64,000 bases of DNA from Omnitrophica WOR_2 bacterium RIFCSPHIGHO2_02_FULL_48_11. Lineage in GTDB: Bacteria; Omnitrophota; Gorgyraeia; Zapsychrales; GWA2-47-8. Shown in pieces: positions 18,615 through 26,397 of this stretch; position 1 is the stretch's first letter; each line of letters begins with the position of its first letter. The notes under the pieces were generated by a model. That model ran no database searches, had not been told where the DNA came from, and saw nothing but the letters and a program-made list of their open reading frames with translations. Position numbers and translations under genes: made by a program. Location of the stretch: positions 28,156 to 92,155 of the forward strand of contig MHGP01000073.1 in the NCBI GenBank assembly GCA_001805615.1, written 5' to 3'.

Positions 18615-19682
18615 ATGGAAATAGAAAATTTTTCTTCAACGAACATTTATGGCCCCATTGATCTCAATACGATCTCGGAGGAGCGGCTGCTCAATCTCCA
18701 CATCCGCGACCTGCCGATCACCATTGAAGGCACCTGGCTGGAAGGGTGCATCAGCGAACTCTCCCGCGAACTGCAGTCCAAGGGGATCGTCTTCCGGCCT
18801 TCCTGTTATCTCGCCGACGAATGGCTCACCCCGCAGAACGAAACGGTCATCGGTATTCCTTTTTATCTGGCGCATCCGCGGCTCACGGCGTTGGAACGCA
18901 AGATGATGCTCGAGGCCGAAGGGGAAGGCCAGAATTGGTGCATGAAACTCCTGCGCCACGAAACCGGGCACGCGATCTGTTACGCTTACAATCTCCACAA
19001 ACGTAAGAAATGGCAAAAACTTTTCGGTTCACCATCGGAAGATTACGGCGATACCTTCCGCTTCCGGCCGTACAGCAAGAATTTTGTCCGTCATCTGGAC
19101 GGCAATTACGCGCAGTATCATCCCGACGAAGATTTTGTCGAGACCTTTGCGGTCTGGTTCACCCCGGGGCTTGACTGGCGGACACAGTATAAAGGCTGGG
19201 GCGCGTTCGAAAAACTGCAGTACGTCGATGATCTCATGCAGGAGATCAATGGCCAGCCGCCGCTGGTCAAAAACCAGCAGAAATTTTGGCGCTTATCCAC
19301 GCTGAAGATAACGCTGGCGAATTATTACCGCAAAAAGCGCGAGTACCGCGCTGAAGACTTTCCGGATTTTCACGATGCCGGTTTAAAAAAGATCTTTGCC
19401 GAATCCAAACTGGATGTCCAAACGCTCCCGTTGGCTTCGGATCTTTTGGAAAAATATCACCGCGAGATCGTCAAGAGCGTCAATTTTTACACCGGCGAAA
19501 AAAAATATATCATCAATCAGCTGATCAAAACGACCCAAAAACGCTGTCAGGAACTGAAGCTGGTGGCCGTCGACCCGGAGCCGGTCGTGATCCTGCGGAC
19601 GACCAGTTACGTGACGGCGCTGGTCATGAACTATCTCTATACGGGCTGGTTCCGCGGCGAGAAAAATAAAAGGAAAAAATGA
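18615..19682 (+). CDS. hypothetical protein with HExxH (HETGH) putative zinc-binding motif
   Basis: 355 aa. LLRHETGHAICYAYNL contains HExxH. It overlaps the downstream ATP-grasp start by 4 nt (ATGA). Confidence 0.55.
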   Translation: MEIENFSSTNIYGPIDLNTISEERLLNLHIRDLPITIEGTWLEGCISELSRELQSKGIVFRPSCYLADEWLTPQNETVIGIPFYLAHPRLTALERKMMLEAEGEGQNWCMKLLRHETGHAICYAYNLHKRKKWQKLFGSPSEDYGDTFRFRPYSKNFVRHLDGNYAQYHPDEDFVETFAVWFTPGLDWRTQYKGWGAFEKLQYVDDLMQEINGQPPLVKNQQKFWRLSTLKITLANYYRKKREYRAEDFPDFHDAGLKKIFAESKLDVQTLPLASDLLEKYHREIVKSVNFYTGEKKYIINQLIKTTQKRCQELKLVAVDPEPVVILRTTSYVTALVMNYLYTGWFRGEKNKRKK

Positions 19683-20704
19683 AAAAGAAGTTAAAAGTTT
19701 TGCTGTTGTTCAGCAGCCCCTACCAAAAGCCGCGCGGCTACGATTACAAAGAAGAGATGGCTGACCCGGAGAATATGTACACGGAGAAGGACGTGCTGGA
19801 GGCGCTGCAGGCCAACGGGTATGAGGTGCGGATTCTAGGGATCCATAACGATACGACCCCGTTGTTTGAAGAGATCAAGGAATTCCCGCCGGATGTGATC
19901 TTTAATATGGTGGAGGTCTTTCAGGACAAGGCGCATCTGGACAAAAATATCGCCGCGATCCTGGAGATGCTCAACATTCCGTACACCGGGGCCTCGACGG
20001 GAAGTTTATTTTTATGCAACAACAAGGCCTTGAGCAAAAAGATCCTGAGTTTCCACCGCATCAAGGTGCCGTGGTTCTATACGTTTTACCGCGGCAAAAA
20101 AGTCTGGCTTCCCAAAAAGATGAAACTCCCCGTGGTCATCAAGCCTTTGTGCGAAGAAGCCTCTCGGGGGATCTCGCAGGCCTCGGTCGTGGACAATAAG
20201 GAAGCTTTTATCGAGCGCATCAAATTCATTCACGATAATATGAACATGGATGCGATCGCCGAAGAATATGTCGAAGGCCGTGAACTGTACGTGAGCGTTT
20301 TGGGCAGTAAAAAATTAACGGTTTTTCCGCCGCGCGAGCTGAAGTTCGGCCAGCTTCCCGAAGATGAACCGCGCATTGCCACGTATAAGGCCAAATGGGA
20401 CGACGATTACCGCGACCGCTGGGGCATCAAAAGTGTTTTTCCGGGCAAACTCGCCGACGGTGTGGAGGAAGAGATTACCGATGTCTGCAAACGGGCTTTC
20501 CGGGCGCTGGATTTGGACGGTTATGTGCGTTTTGATATCCGCGTCACTTCCGAGGGAAAAGTTTATATCATCGAGCCTAACGCCAACCCGTGCATCGCCC
20601 GGATCGATGAAATGGCCCAATCCGCGGGCAAGATCGAAATGGCGTACGAAGAACTCATCCGCAAGATCATCCTAACGGCTTTTCAACGGACCACGACAAG
20701 GTAG
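19679..20704 (+). CDS. ATP-grasp ligase, D-Ala-D-Ala ligase-like family
   Basis: VVIKP (Lys), EEYVEGRELYVSVLG, YKAKWDDDY, and IIEPNANP (Mg-binding E/N). The N-terminal pre-ATP-grasp domain resembles Ddl. Confidence 0.8.
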   Translation: MKKKLKVLLLFSSPYQKPRGYDYKEEMADPENMYTEKDVLEALQANGYEVRILGIHNDTTPLFEEIKEFPPDVIFNMVEVFQDKAHLDKNIAAILEMLNIPYTGASTGSLFLCNNKALSKKILSFHRIKVPWFYTFYRGKKVWLPKKMKLPVVIKPLCEEASRGISQASVVDNKEAFIERIKFIHDNMNMDAIAEEYVEGRELYVSVLGSKKLTVFPPRELKFGQLPEDEPRIATYKAKWDDDYRDRWGIKSVFPGKLADGVEEEITDVCKRAFRALDLDGYVRFDIRVTSEGKVYIIEPNANPCIARIDEMAQSAGKIEMAYEELIRKIILTAFQRTTTR

Positions 20705-20706
20705 CG

Positions 20707-21951
20707 ATGACGATAGAAAAACTCATTCAATTTGTCAGCAACAATTTTGAGATACTTGTCTGGTTCAATGCGACCTGGGTCGCGTGCCTGGTCATTATCT
20801 GGGTGCTGGTCAAGATCCAGGTTGTCTCCAATTACAAACCGCGGACCTTGATCCCCGGGGTGATGCTGTTTCTGGTTACTGTGGGGCAAATAGCGATGAT
20901 CTTTTTGTCCGGCTATATTTACTGGCTGAATTACCAGCACAAAAGCGCCGAAACTTTCGGCCAGCGGCTTACCCCGACGACGAACTGGGTCAAAGAGGAC
21001 CTGGTGATCTATTTTATTTCCGATAAAAGTCTGCTTTCCATCAACGCCAACGGCGCGAATAAAAGGGAAATTTTTCAGGCGCCGGACAAGATCCGGGAAT
21101 ACCATTTTTCGCCGGACGGAAGGTTCCTGGTGATCGTCACCGAGCGGGAGCTGCATTTGTTTCACCGGGATTCGCGGCAGAGTGTCTTGATCGACTCTAT
21201 TCCCGCGTCGGATCCGGCCTTGCAGCTGAACGGTGTCATCGGCCGGGTCAGCTGGTCCCCGGACAGCGGGAAGTTCTGCTATGAAGTGGCCAAGTGGTCT
21301 AAGGTGTCTTCGCACACCCAATTTAATATTTATGATCTGAAAAGCAAAGAGAAGCATCCGCTGCACAAACTGGCCCAAAAGATCCCGTCTTTGTATTGGG
21401 ATATGGCCGGCGAGAATCTTTACTTTTTTAAATCCGAATCCATGGATACCTCGCGTTACCCGTATCCGCACAAGATCAAGATCTGCAAAATTCCGCTGGC
21501 GACATTCGAGGTGGAGATAGTGGCAGAGATCCTCACGAAAGAAATGGACATTGCGCGGCTGGATGTCGAGGCCCGCGGCATCAAGCTTTTTTGGGAGGGC
21601 GCCAAGTTTTCTTTCAACCGTTCCGGCCCGCGGGATTATGACTGGGTTTCGGACACGGGGTCGCGGCTGGGCATCGACGCGGATGACTTTCTCTATTATA
21701 TTAAGAACCGCTGGTGGCGGAAGCGGCTGTTTCGCGTGCCGCGCGTTCCTTTTCCGGGCGAATTTAAGCGTTATCAGTTTGAGGGAGGGATCCTTTCGGT
21801 GGGACACCTGCGCTGGCTGCCGGGCAGCCGTTATGTGATCATGGGACACAGCACCCACGGGATCTTGATTCTGGAGCCAGGGACAGGCAGGATCGGACGC
21901 CTGACCAATACCCCCGGATATACGTTTGGGTGGTATCAACCGATCCAGTAG
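20707..21951 (+). CDS. membrane-anchored WD40/PD40-like beta-propeller protein (TolB-like repeats)
   Basis: Two N-terminal TM helices, then FSPDGRFLVIV, WSPDSGKF and LYWDMAGENLYF repeats. The co-extensive minus-strand ORF is judged spurious. Confidence 0.7.
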   Translation: MTIEKLIQFVSNNFEILVWFNATWVACLVIIWVLVKIQVVSNYKPRTLIPGVMLFLVTVGQIAMIFLSGYIYWLNYQHKSAETFGQRLTPTTNWVKEDLVIYFISDKSLLSINANGANKREIFQAPDKIREYHFSPDGRFLVIVTERELHLFHRDSRQSVLIDSIPASDPALQLNGVIGRVSWSPDSGKFCYEVAKWSKVSSHTQFNIYDLKSKEKHPLHKLAQKIPSLYWDMAGENLYFFKSESMDTSRYPYPHKIKICKIPLATFEVEIVAEILTKEMDIARLDVEARGIKLFWEGAKFSFNRSGPRDYDWVSDTGSRLGIDADDFLYYIKNRWWRKRLFRVPRVPFPGEFKRYQFEGGILSVGHLRWLPGSRYVIMGHSTHGILILEPGTGRIGRLTNTPGYTFGWYQPIQ

Positions 21952-22073
21952 AATGTTGTTCGGTTGGGGCTACGCAGCCCGTTTCGTTGGCCGTTCAAGG
22001 GCGACGTGTTTTGACGAAAACCGTTGTCGAATGCCGAAACGACTATCGTAACCTTAGCCTGGGACGATGAATT

Positions 22074-22274
22074 TTGAAAGGAGCTTTCATGGAATCTTCC
22101 AATCCGCTTAAAAAACCTAAAAGCGATTATCAGGAAACGATCGACGTGATCCAATCCAATACTTCGGGCGTCGGGATCGATCCGCAGTACACGCACGCGA
22201 TCATTATTGAATTTTTGAAGCAAATTTCCGGCCGTTTGGACCGGTTGGAAAAAATCGTCAACGAGAAAAGGTAA
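22074..22274 (+). CDS. small hypothetical protein
   Basis: 66-aa ORF after AGGAG. No motif recognised. Confidence 0.3.
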   Translation: MKGAFMESSNPLKKPKSDYQETIDVIQSNTSGVGIDPQYTHAIIIEFLKQISGRLDRLEKIVNEKR

Positions 22275-22294
22275 GGCAAGGGCATTGTTTTGTA

Positions 22295-22323
22295 TTGACA
22301 AACAAAGCCTTTTTGCCATAATA
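22295..22323 (+). promoter_or_regulatory. sigma70-type promoter (TTGACA-N16/17-CATAATA)
   Basis: TTGACA at 22295-22300 and CATAAT about 16 nt downstream. Lies upstream of the SPOR gene. Confidence 0.5.
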
Positions 22324-22375
22324 CAAACCAGTGAAAGATTTTTAATTTTTTAAGAAAATTCGGAGGGGAACTTTT

Positions 22376-22972
22376 ATGGGAAGCGAAAAAAATCAATGGA
22401 TGTTATGGGTGATTGTCATAGGGGTGGTGATTGTTACGCTGATCGCCTTCAATTATCACGGCGATAAATCAGACACGATCCCTTTAAGTGAAATTTTTCC
22501 GGAAGAGGTAGTTGCGACCGAAGACCAGAATATTGAATATGAGTTTGTGGACGGTCCGCAGGCGCAAGCCCCGGCAGCCGCGGCTCCGGTTGCGGCGGCG
22601 AACGTAAAACCGGCTGCGGCCAAACCGGCCCCCTCAAAGTTTAACGCGGCAGCTGTCTCGGCCAGGGCGCTTCAGCCGGCAGTGACTCCGGGACCGGCCA
22701 CGGTGACGGCACCGGCAGCCCCGGTCGTAAGCGGCGACTATTCGATCCAGGTGTTGTCGTCCAAGGACAAAGCTGCCACCGAGAAATCTTTAGGAAAAGT
22801 CCAAGCCAAAGGCCATGCGGCGTATATCGTGACCCGGGATATGGGTGAAAAAGGGACCTGGTATCGGGTGAATGTGGGACCGTTTCAGACAAAGGCGCAG
22901 GCGGATGAATATTTGCCCAAGGTGCAGGCGGATTACAAAGACAGTTTTGTCATCGGCGGCAAAAAGAAATAA
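22376..22972 (+). CDS. SPOR-domain cell-division protein (FtsN/DedD-like)
   Basis: One TM, an Ala/Pro-rich linker, and a C-terminal SPOR domain (YSIQVLSSKDKAATEKSL...GTWYRVNVGPFQTKAQA). Confidence 0.8.
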   Translation: MGSEKNQWMLWVIVIGVVIVTLIAFNYHGDKSDTIPLSEIFPEEVVATEDQNIEYEFVDGPQAQAPAAAAPVAAANVKPAAAKPAPSKFNAAAVSARALQPAVTPGPATVTAPAAPVVSGDYSIQVLSSKDKAATEKSLGKVQAKGHAAYIVTRDMGEKGTWYRVNVGPFQTKAQADEYLPKVQADYKDSFVIGGKKK

Positions 22973-22995
22973 AATAGATAAAGGAGTATAAAGTT

Positions 22996-23289
22996 ATGCG
23001 ACATTTTTTAGTTTTAGCGATGCTGGTTGTGTTAACGGCAGGCTGCTCAACCGCCACAAAAGGCGCGGCGGTGGGTGCTATCGGCGGCGGCGCGTTAGGC
23101 GGGATCATCGGCAACCAGTCCGGTAATGCCGGGACAGGAGCGGCGATCGGCGCGGCAGCCGGGGCTATTACGGGGATCATCGTTGCCGAAAAAATGGCTG
23201 ATAAATTTTGTCCGGTTTGCGGTGCGACCTACAATACCAACGACCAGTTCTGCCCGAAGGACGGGACGGAGCTCAAAGAAAAACAATAA
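22996..23289 (+). CDS. glycine-zipper lipoprotein with C-terminal CxxC...CPxDG zinc ribbon
   Basis: Lipobox LTAGC. A G/A-rich glycine zipper (GAIGGGALGGIIGN...). C-terminal FCPVCGATYNTNDQFCPKDGTEL. Confidence 0.7.
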   Translation: MRHFLVLAMLVVLTAGCSTATKGAAVGAIGGGALGGIIGNQSGNAGTGAAIGAAAGAITGIIVAEKMADKFCPVCGATYNTNDQFCPKDGTELKEKQ

Positions 23290-23397
23290 TAAGTTATCGG
23301 CTATCAGTCGTCAGCTATCAGCTTTACTTGCTGCAAGTAGGAATTAATGGTTTTTGCTGAAGGCTGAAGGCTGTAAGCTGAAAGCCAAATAAAAATT

Positions 23398-23601
23398 TTG
23401 CAATCTAATATCCGTACCATTCTGCGTTGGTTCCATCTTACTGTCGGATTGCTTCTTCTCTGCTACATCTATTCGCCATTTTCGCAATACCTCGCCTTTC
23501 AAATTTTTGTCAAATTCATCGCGATCCCGCTGGTCGTTCTCTCGGGATTGTGGATTTGGAAGTTCGCGGCGTTTAATAAGTTTTTCAAGATTGGGTTTTG
23601 A
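23398..23601 (+). CDS. small membrane protein (hypothetical)
   Basis: 67-aa ORF with two hydrophobic helices. Preceded by low-complexity repeats. Confidence 0.3.
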   Translation: MQSNIRTILRWFHLTVGLLLLCYIYSPFSQYLAFQIFVKFIAIPLVVLSGLWIWKFAAFNKFFKIGF

Positions 23602-23683
23602 AAACCGTTGGAGGATGTGACTCACGAGAAACGGAGATTTATTTAAATAGCATTTTGCTCGAAATCAGAAGGGCGAAGAGGGT

Positions 23684-24010
23684 ATGTGGATGATTGAAGG
23701 ACTTTTAGCAATTTTGTTTTATATTGTGGGAGTCTGTGCGTCGCTAAAAATAAAATCTTTTTTGGAAATCCCAATAAAAGACTCGAGACTCCCCAATTTA
23801 AAATTACATGTATTAGTTTTGGTCATTTTGTTCTTATTTTTTTGGAATCATCTTTTCTCGAATAATAAAAATCTAGTGCTTTTTTCTGTTTTTTTATTAT
23901 GGGGACCTTATCCCCAGTCTTCATATCAGAAATTCGAGAATGTTTTCAAGTCGATAAGAAGAGGCTTGATACAATTAGATCTTTGGTCATTATATTGGCT
24001 TTCCCATTAA
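23684..24010 (+). CDS. hypothetical membrane protein (AT-rich island), possibly the 5' part of a frameshifted gene
   Basis: 108-aa multi-TM ORF in a region of clearly lower GC than the flanks. It overlaps the next ORF by 112 nt in another frame. There is a T7 homopolymer at about 23887. Confidence 0.35.
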   Translation: MWMIEGLLAILFYIVGVCASLKIKSFLEIPIKDSRLPNLKLHVLVLVILFLFFWNHLFSNNKNLVLFSVFLLWGPYPQSSYQKFENVFKSIRRGLIQLDLWSLYWLSH

Positions 24011-24666
24011 CTTTAGGCCTTCTTAAGGATGTGGCATCTAAGAATAAAGACATAGAAAGGGATATTGGTAATGTCGTTGAGCGCATTGATAATTTAAAGC
24101 AAGATGCCAAGTCAGATAAGTTGTATTATAGCAGTCTTGTAAAAGCAAAGAATGAAACAATGGATACACTTGAACGAAGCTATTTTGAGAAAAGAATCCT
24201 ATCTTTCCAGCTATATTTTTTAAATACCGAGGATTTTGTTAAAAAAATACCTTTGTGTAAACCCAATGTCAATTGCACTGAATATGAAACGGAACAGTTT
24301 AACAATATAGAAAGTATTTATGATCAGAGAGAGCACTCGTTATGGGTTACAAAGGCCAAGGTGGCGTACTTGCTGCGATTTACTACAAGTGAGGTGCTTA
24401 AAAAAACCAATGAGGTGTCAGGGAGAAATCTTGATTGGGAAAAAATTATTGGCGCTTTATTAGATAGAATGACATCTAGGGAGGAATTTCTCGTGGTTAG
24501 TAAAACCGCATTGGATTCATTTAGAAGTTTAGTTCCAGACTTTAAGAGGATATCTCCAGTTCCAAGCAAAGAGAATCCAGCTACCGTATTTGACTTTGAT
24601 GAGGCTATAGCGTATTGGAATAATAACAAGAATTTAATTCTTAGTAGACTAAAAGCGGTGCCATGA
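23899..24666 (+). CDS. hypothetical protein (AT-rich island)
   Basis: 255-aa ORF with one N-terminal hydrophobic segment. No motif recognised. Followed by the AAAGAATGGTCTGATTTTTTT 3' motif. Confidence 0.45.
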   Translation: MGTLSPVFISEIRECFQVDKKRLDTIRSLVIILAFPLTLGLLKDVASKNKDIERDIGNVVERIDNLKQDAKSDKLYYSSLVKAKNETMDTLERSYFEKRILSFQLYFLNTEDFVKKIPLCKPNVNCTEYETEQFNNIESIYDQREHSLWVTKAKVAYLLRFTTSEVLKKTNEVSGRNLDWEKIIGALLDRMTSREEFLVVSKTALDSFRSLVPDFKRISPVPSKENPATVFDFDEAIAYWNNNKNLILSRLKAVP

Positions 24667-24694
24667 AAGAATGGTCTGATTTTTTTAAGATATT

Positions 24695-24780
24695 GGAGAA
24701 ATAAGAATGGGTTCATCCGGCTTTAATTTTGTTATCACCTGGGGATTCTTGGGATTGGGACTGGGAATTCTTTTGGTCAT
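24695..24780 (+). repeat. 86-bp direct repeat, copy 1 (RBS plus the first 24 codons of a small membrane protein gene)
   Basis: GGAGAAATAAGAATGGGTTCATCCGGCTTTAATTTTGTTATCACCTGGGGATTCTTGGG[A/C]TTGGGACTGGGAATTCTTTTG[G/A]TCAT. 84 of 86 nt are identical to 25918..26003. Confidence 0.9.
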
Positions 24781-24838
24781 AAAAAGGGGTCAAGTCCCTT
24801 TTTCCTTTTTAATGAGCATTGGGAGGGAGGAGCGATGA
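24707..24838 (+). CDS. 43-aa single-TM peptide (truncated paralog of 25930..26229), or a coupled upstream ORF or pseudogene fragment
   Basis: MGSSGFNFVITWGFLGLGLGILLVIKRGQVPFSFLMSIGREER. Its stop overlaps the ATG of the downstream MORN gene (ATGA). Confidence 0.35.
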   Translation: MGSSGFNFVITWGFLGLGLGILLVIKRGQVPFSFLMSIGREER

Positions 24839-25758
24839 ACTTTAAAAAAGTTTATATCCAATTCTTTATGGTGTTTGCTTTTTGCTTGGCGGTCAGTCAT
24901 TCTGCATCTGCCCTCTGTGGTCGTTTCGGGGATGACCAGATGGATGATTTTCTCGAGGCGGACATCGTTGTCATAGGGCAGGCTTCCGGCGTGACCAAGA
25001 CGAGTGATCATTACGCTTCTACCACTCAGGGAGCACGATTCAAGATCGTTGAGATTTTGAAAGGAAACGCTCGCGGGACGATCACGGCCTACCGTTTTGA
25101 ATGCAGTGGCCATTCATTTCAAGAAGGCGGTGGGTACATTATTTTTGCCGTCAAAAATAAGCAGGGCGGTTATGATGTCCGGCAGGCCTCGCCGGCCGCT
25201 GGGGAGTCTTATAATGAACAAATGGAGTCCCCAAAATCCGCTGAAAGTAAACTTTCCGAACTCCGGAATATCTCGCAGTTTTATAAAAAGGTCATTCTCG
25301 CCAATGGCGACGGACAGATGCAGACGCATTACGACAGCGGACAGGTCAAGGTTGAGAGGAATTACAAAAAAGGCAAGCTTGACGGTGATTACCAGGTTTT
25401 TTTCCCGAACGGGCAGGTCAAAGGCCGGGTGCATTACGTCGCCGGGACGAAGGATGGAGGATCCAGCTGGTATTATGAAACCGGCAAGGAGTGGTACATG
25501 TGCTCTTATAAGGAAGGCTACGAGGACGGGGTCTGCAAACTGTTTGACCAAAACACCGGTCAGGTCGTGGTCGAAAGGACCTTTCGCGGGGGCGAAGAGA
25601 TGGGGGTGGTCTATTACAAAAACACTGGAAAGCTGGAGTACAGAGATGTGCTCAATGCCTCTGGGGGCTATGACCGGACCTATTATGATGAAAAGGGATC
25701 AGTGACCCGCACGGTCTCCGATTATGCTAAGCCGCAGCCCAAGGTAAAGAACCGCTAA
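24835..25758 (+). CDS. secreted MORN-variant (YwqK-family) repeat protein
   Basis: Signal peptide. The C-terminal half has about five repeats of the form G..k.y..nGq..G..h.Y...g (YDSGQVKVERNYKKGKLDGDYQVFFPNGQVKGRVHY...). Confidence 0.7.
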   Translation: MNFKKVYIQFFMVFAFCLAVSHSASALCGRFGDDQMDDFLEADIVVIGQASGVTKTSDHYASTTQGARFKIVEILKGNARGTITAYRFECSGHSFQEGGGYIIFAVKNKQGGYDVRQASPAAGESYNEQMESPKSAESKLSELRNISQFYKKVILANGDGQMQTHYDSGQVKVERNYKKGKLDGDYQVFFPNGQVKGRVHYVAGTKDGGSSWYYETGKEWYMCSYKEGYEDGVCKLFDQNTGQVVVERTFRGGEEMGVVYYKNTGKLEYRDVLNASGGYDRTYYDEKGSVTRTVSDYAKPQPKVKNR

Positions 25759-25814
25759 GAGATTTTTGGGGTTGCAAAAAAAAGGGACGATTTTATTTTA
25801 GATTTCCAAAGAAA

Positions 25815-25835
25815 GGGTCTGAGCTGACCCCTTTT
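25815..25835 (+). terminator. weak hairpin within the recurring 3' motif
   Basis: GGGTC-tgagct-GACCC then CTTTT, embedded in AAAGAAAGGGTCTGA. This is the third occurrence of the AAAGAAnGGTCTGA 3'-flank motif. Confidence 0.3.
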
Positions 25836-25917
25836 AAAAAATTAGGAAAATAATTTAGAGGAAATCCCGCGGCGCGCAAAAGCGCACTTGGGACGATGCA
25901 AAATCCGCGTCGAAAAC

Positions 25918-26003
25918 GGAGAAATAAGAATGGGTTCATCCGGCTTTAATTTTGTTATCACCTGGGGATTCTTGGGCTTGGGACTGGGAATTCTTTTGAT
26001 CAT
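25918..26003 (+). repeat. 86-bp direct repeat, copy 2
   Basis: See copy 1. This copy begins the intact 100-aa gene. Confidence 0.9.
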
Positions 26004-26229
26004 CGCTTTGTTGTGGTGTCGTGATGTTAACCGGAAGTTAAACTACATTTTGATGCGGATCTATAAGTTCGGTAGCGATAAAGGAAAAGAGGATAACGAT
26101 CTTAATTCAGTTGAGCATCGTCCCGTTGCCGGCACGGGCAAGGCTGTCTCACCGTTAGTTGCCGTTGGTATTATCATCGGCGCGATCATTCTTTTATTTT
26201 TAGTGCCGCTCTGGCTCATCAACAGATAA
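25930..26229 (+). CDS. small two-TM membrane protein
   Basis: ATG at 25930 with RBS GGAGAAATAAGA. MGSSGFNFVITWGFLGLGLGILLIIALLW... and a second TM at the C-terminus. 100 aa. Confidence 0.6.
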   Translation: MGSSGFNFVITWGFLGLGLGILLIIALLWCRDVNRKLNYILMRIYKFGSDKGKEDNDLNSVEHRPVAGTGKAVSPLVAVGIIIGAIILLFLVPLWLINR

Positions 26230-26306
26230 TTCCTAAAGAAATGGTCTGATTTTTTGCCGATTTTCTGGAGCGATTTGCCCGGGAGAGTGTGTCTAGGTAT
26301 GTCCCG

Positions 26307-26335
26307 TTGACAAATTTTAGGCCAGAGATTATACT
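26307..26335 (+). promoter_or_regulatory. consensus sigma70 promoter TTGACA-N17-TATACT
   Basis: TTGACA at 26307-26312, a 17-nt spacer, and TATACT at 26330-26335. It drives the PEP-CTERM gene. Confidence 0.6.
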
Positions 26336-26397
26336 TGCGCTATTGTTTGGGGGTAAATATTTTAAGATCACAAAAAATTATTCACGAGGAGAGAGTC

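Noticed and set aside
20683-21939. 418-aa minus-strand ORF exactly co-extensive with the 20707..21951 gene
   Set aside because: Its translation is Arg/Pro/Gly-rich with no hydrophobic core or motifs. The plus-strand product has TM helices and PD40-like repeats. The long antisense ORF is a stop-codon-poor artefact of codon bias.
23290-23397. Low-complexity repeats (GCTATCAG x2, GCTGAAGG x2) and the ACTTGCTGCAAGT palindrome after the glycine-zipper lipoprotein gene
   Set aside because: The palindrome has no loop and no U-tract, and the repeats are too short and degenerate to call a terminator or a CRISPR-like element. They are noted only as local low complexity.
26335-26397. Upstream start (MRYCLGVNIL...) for the PEP-CTERM gene
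   Set aside because: It would place the -10 element of a perfect promoter inside the coding region. The ATG at 26398 follows a GGAGAGAG RBS and begins a signal peptide.
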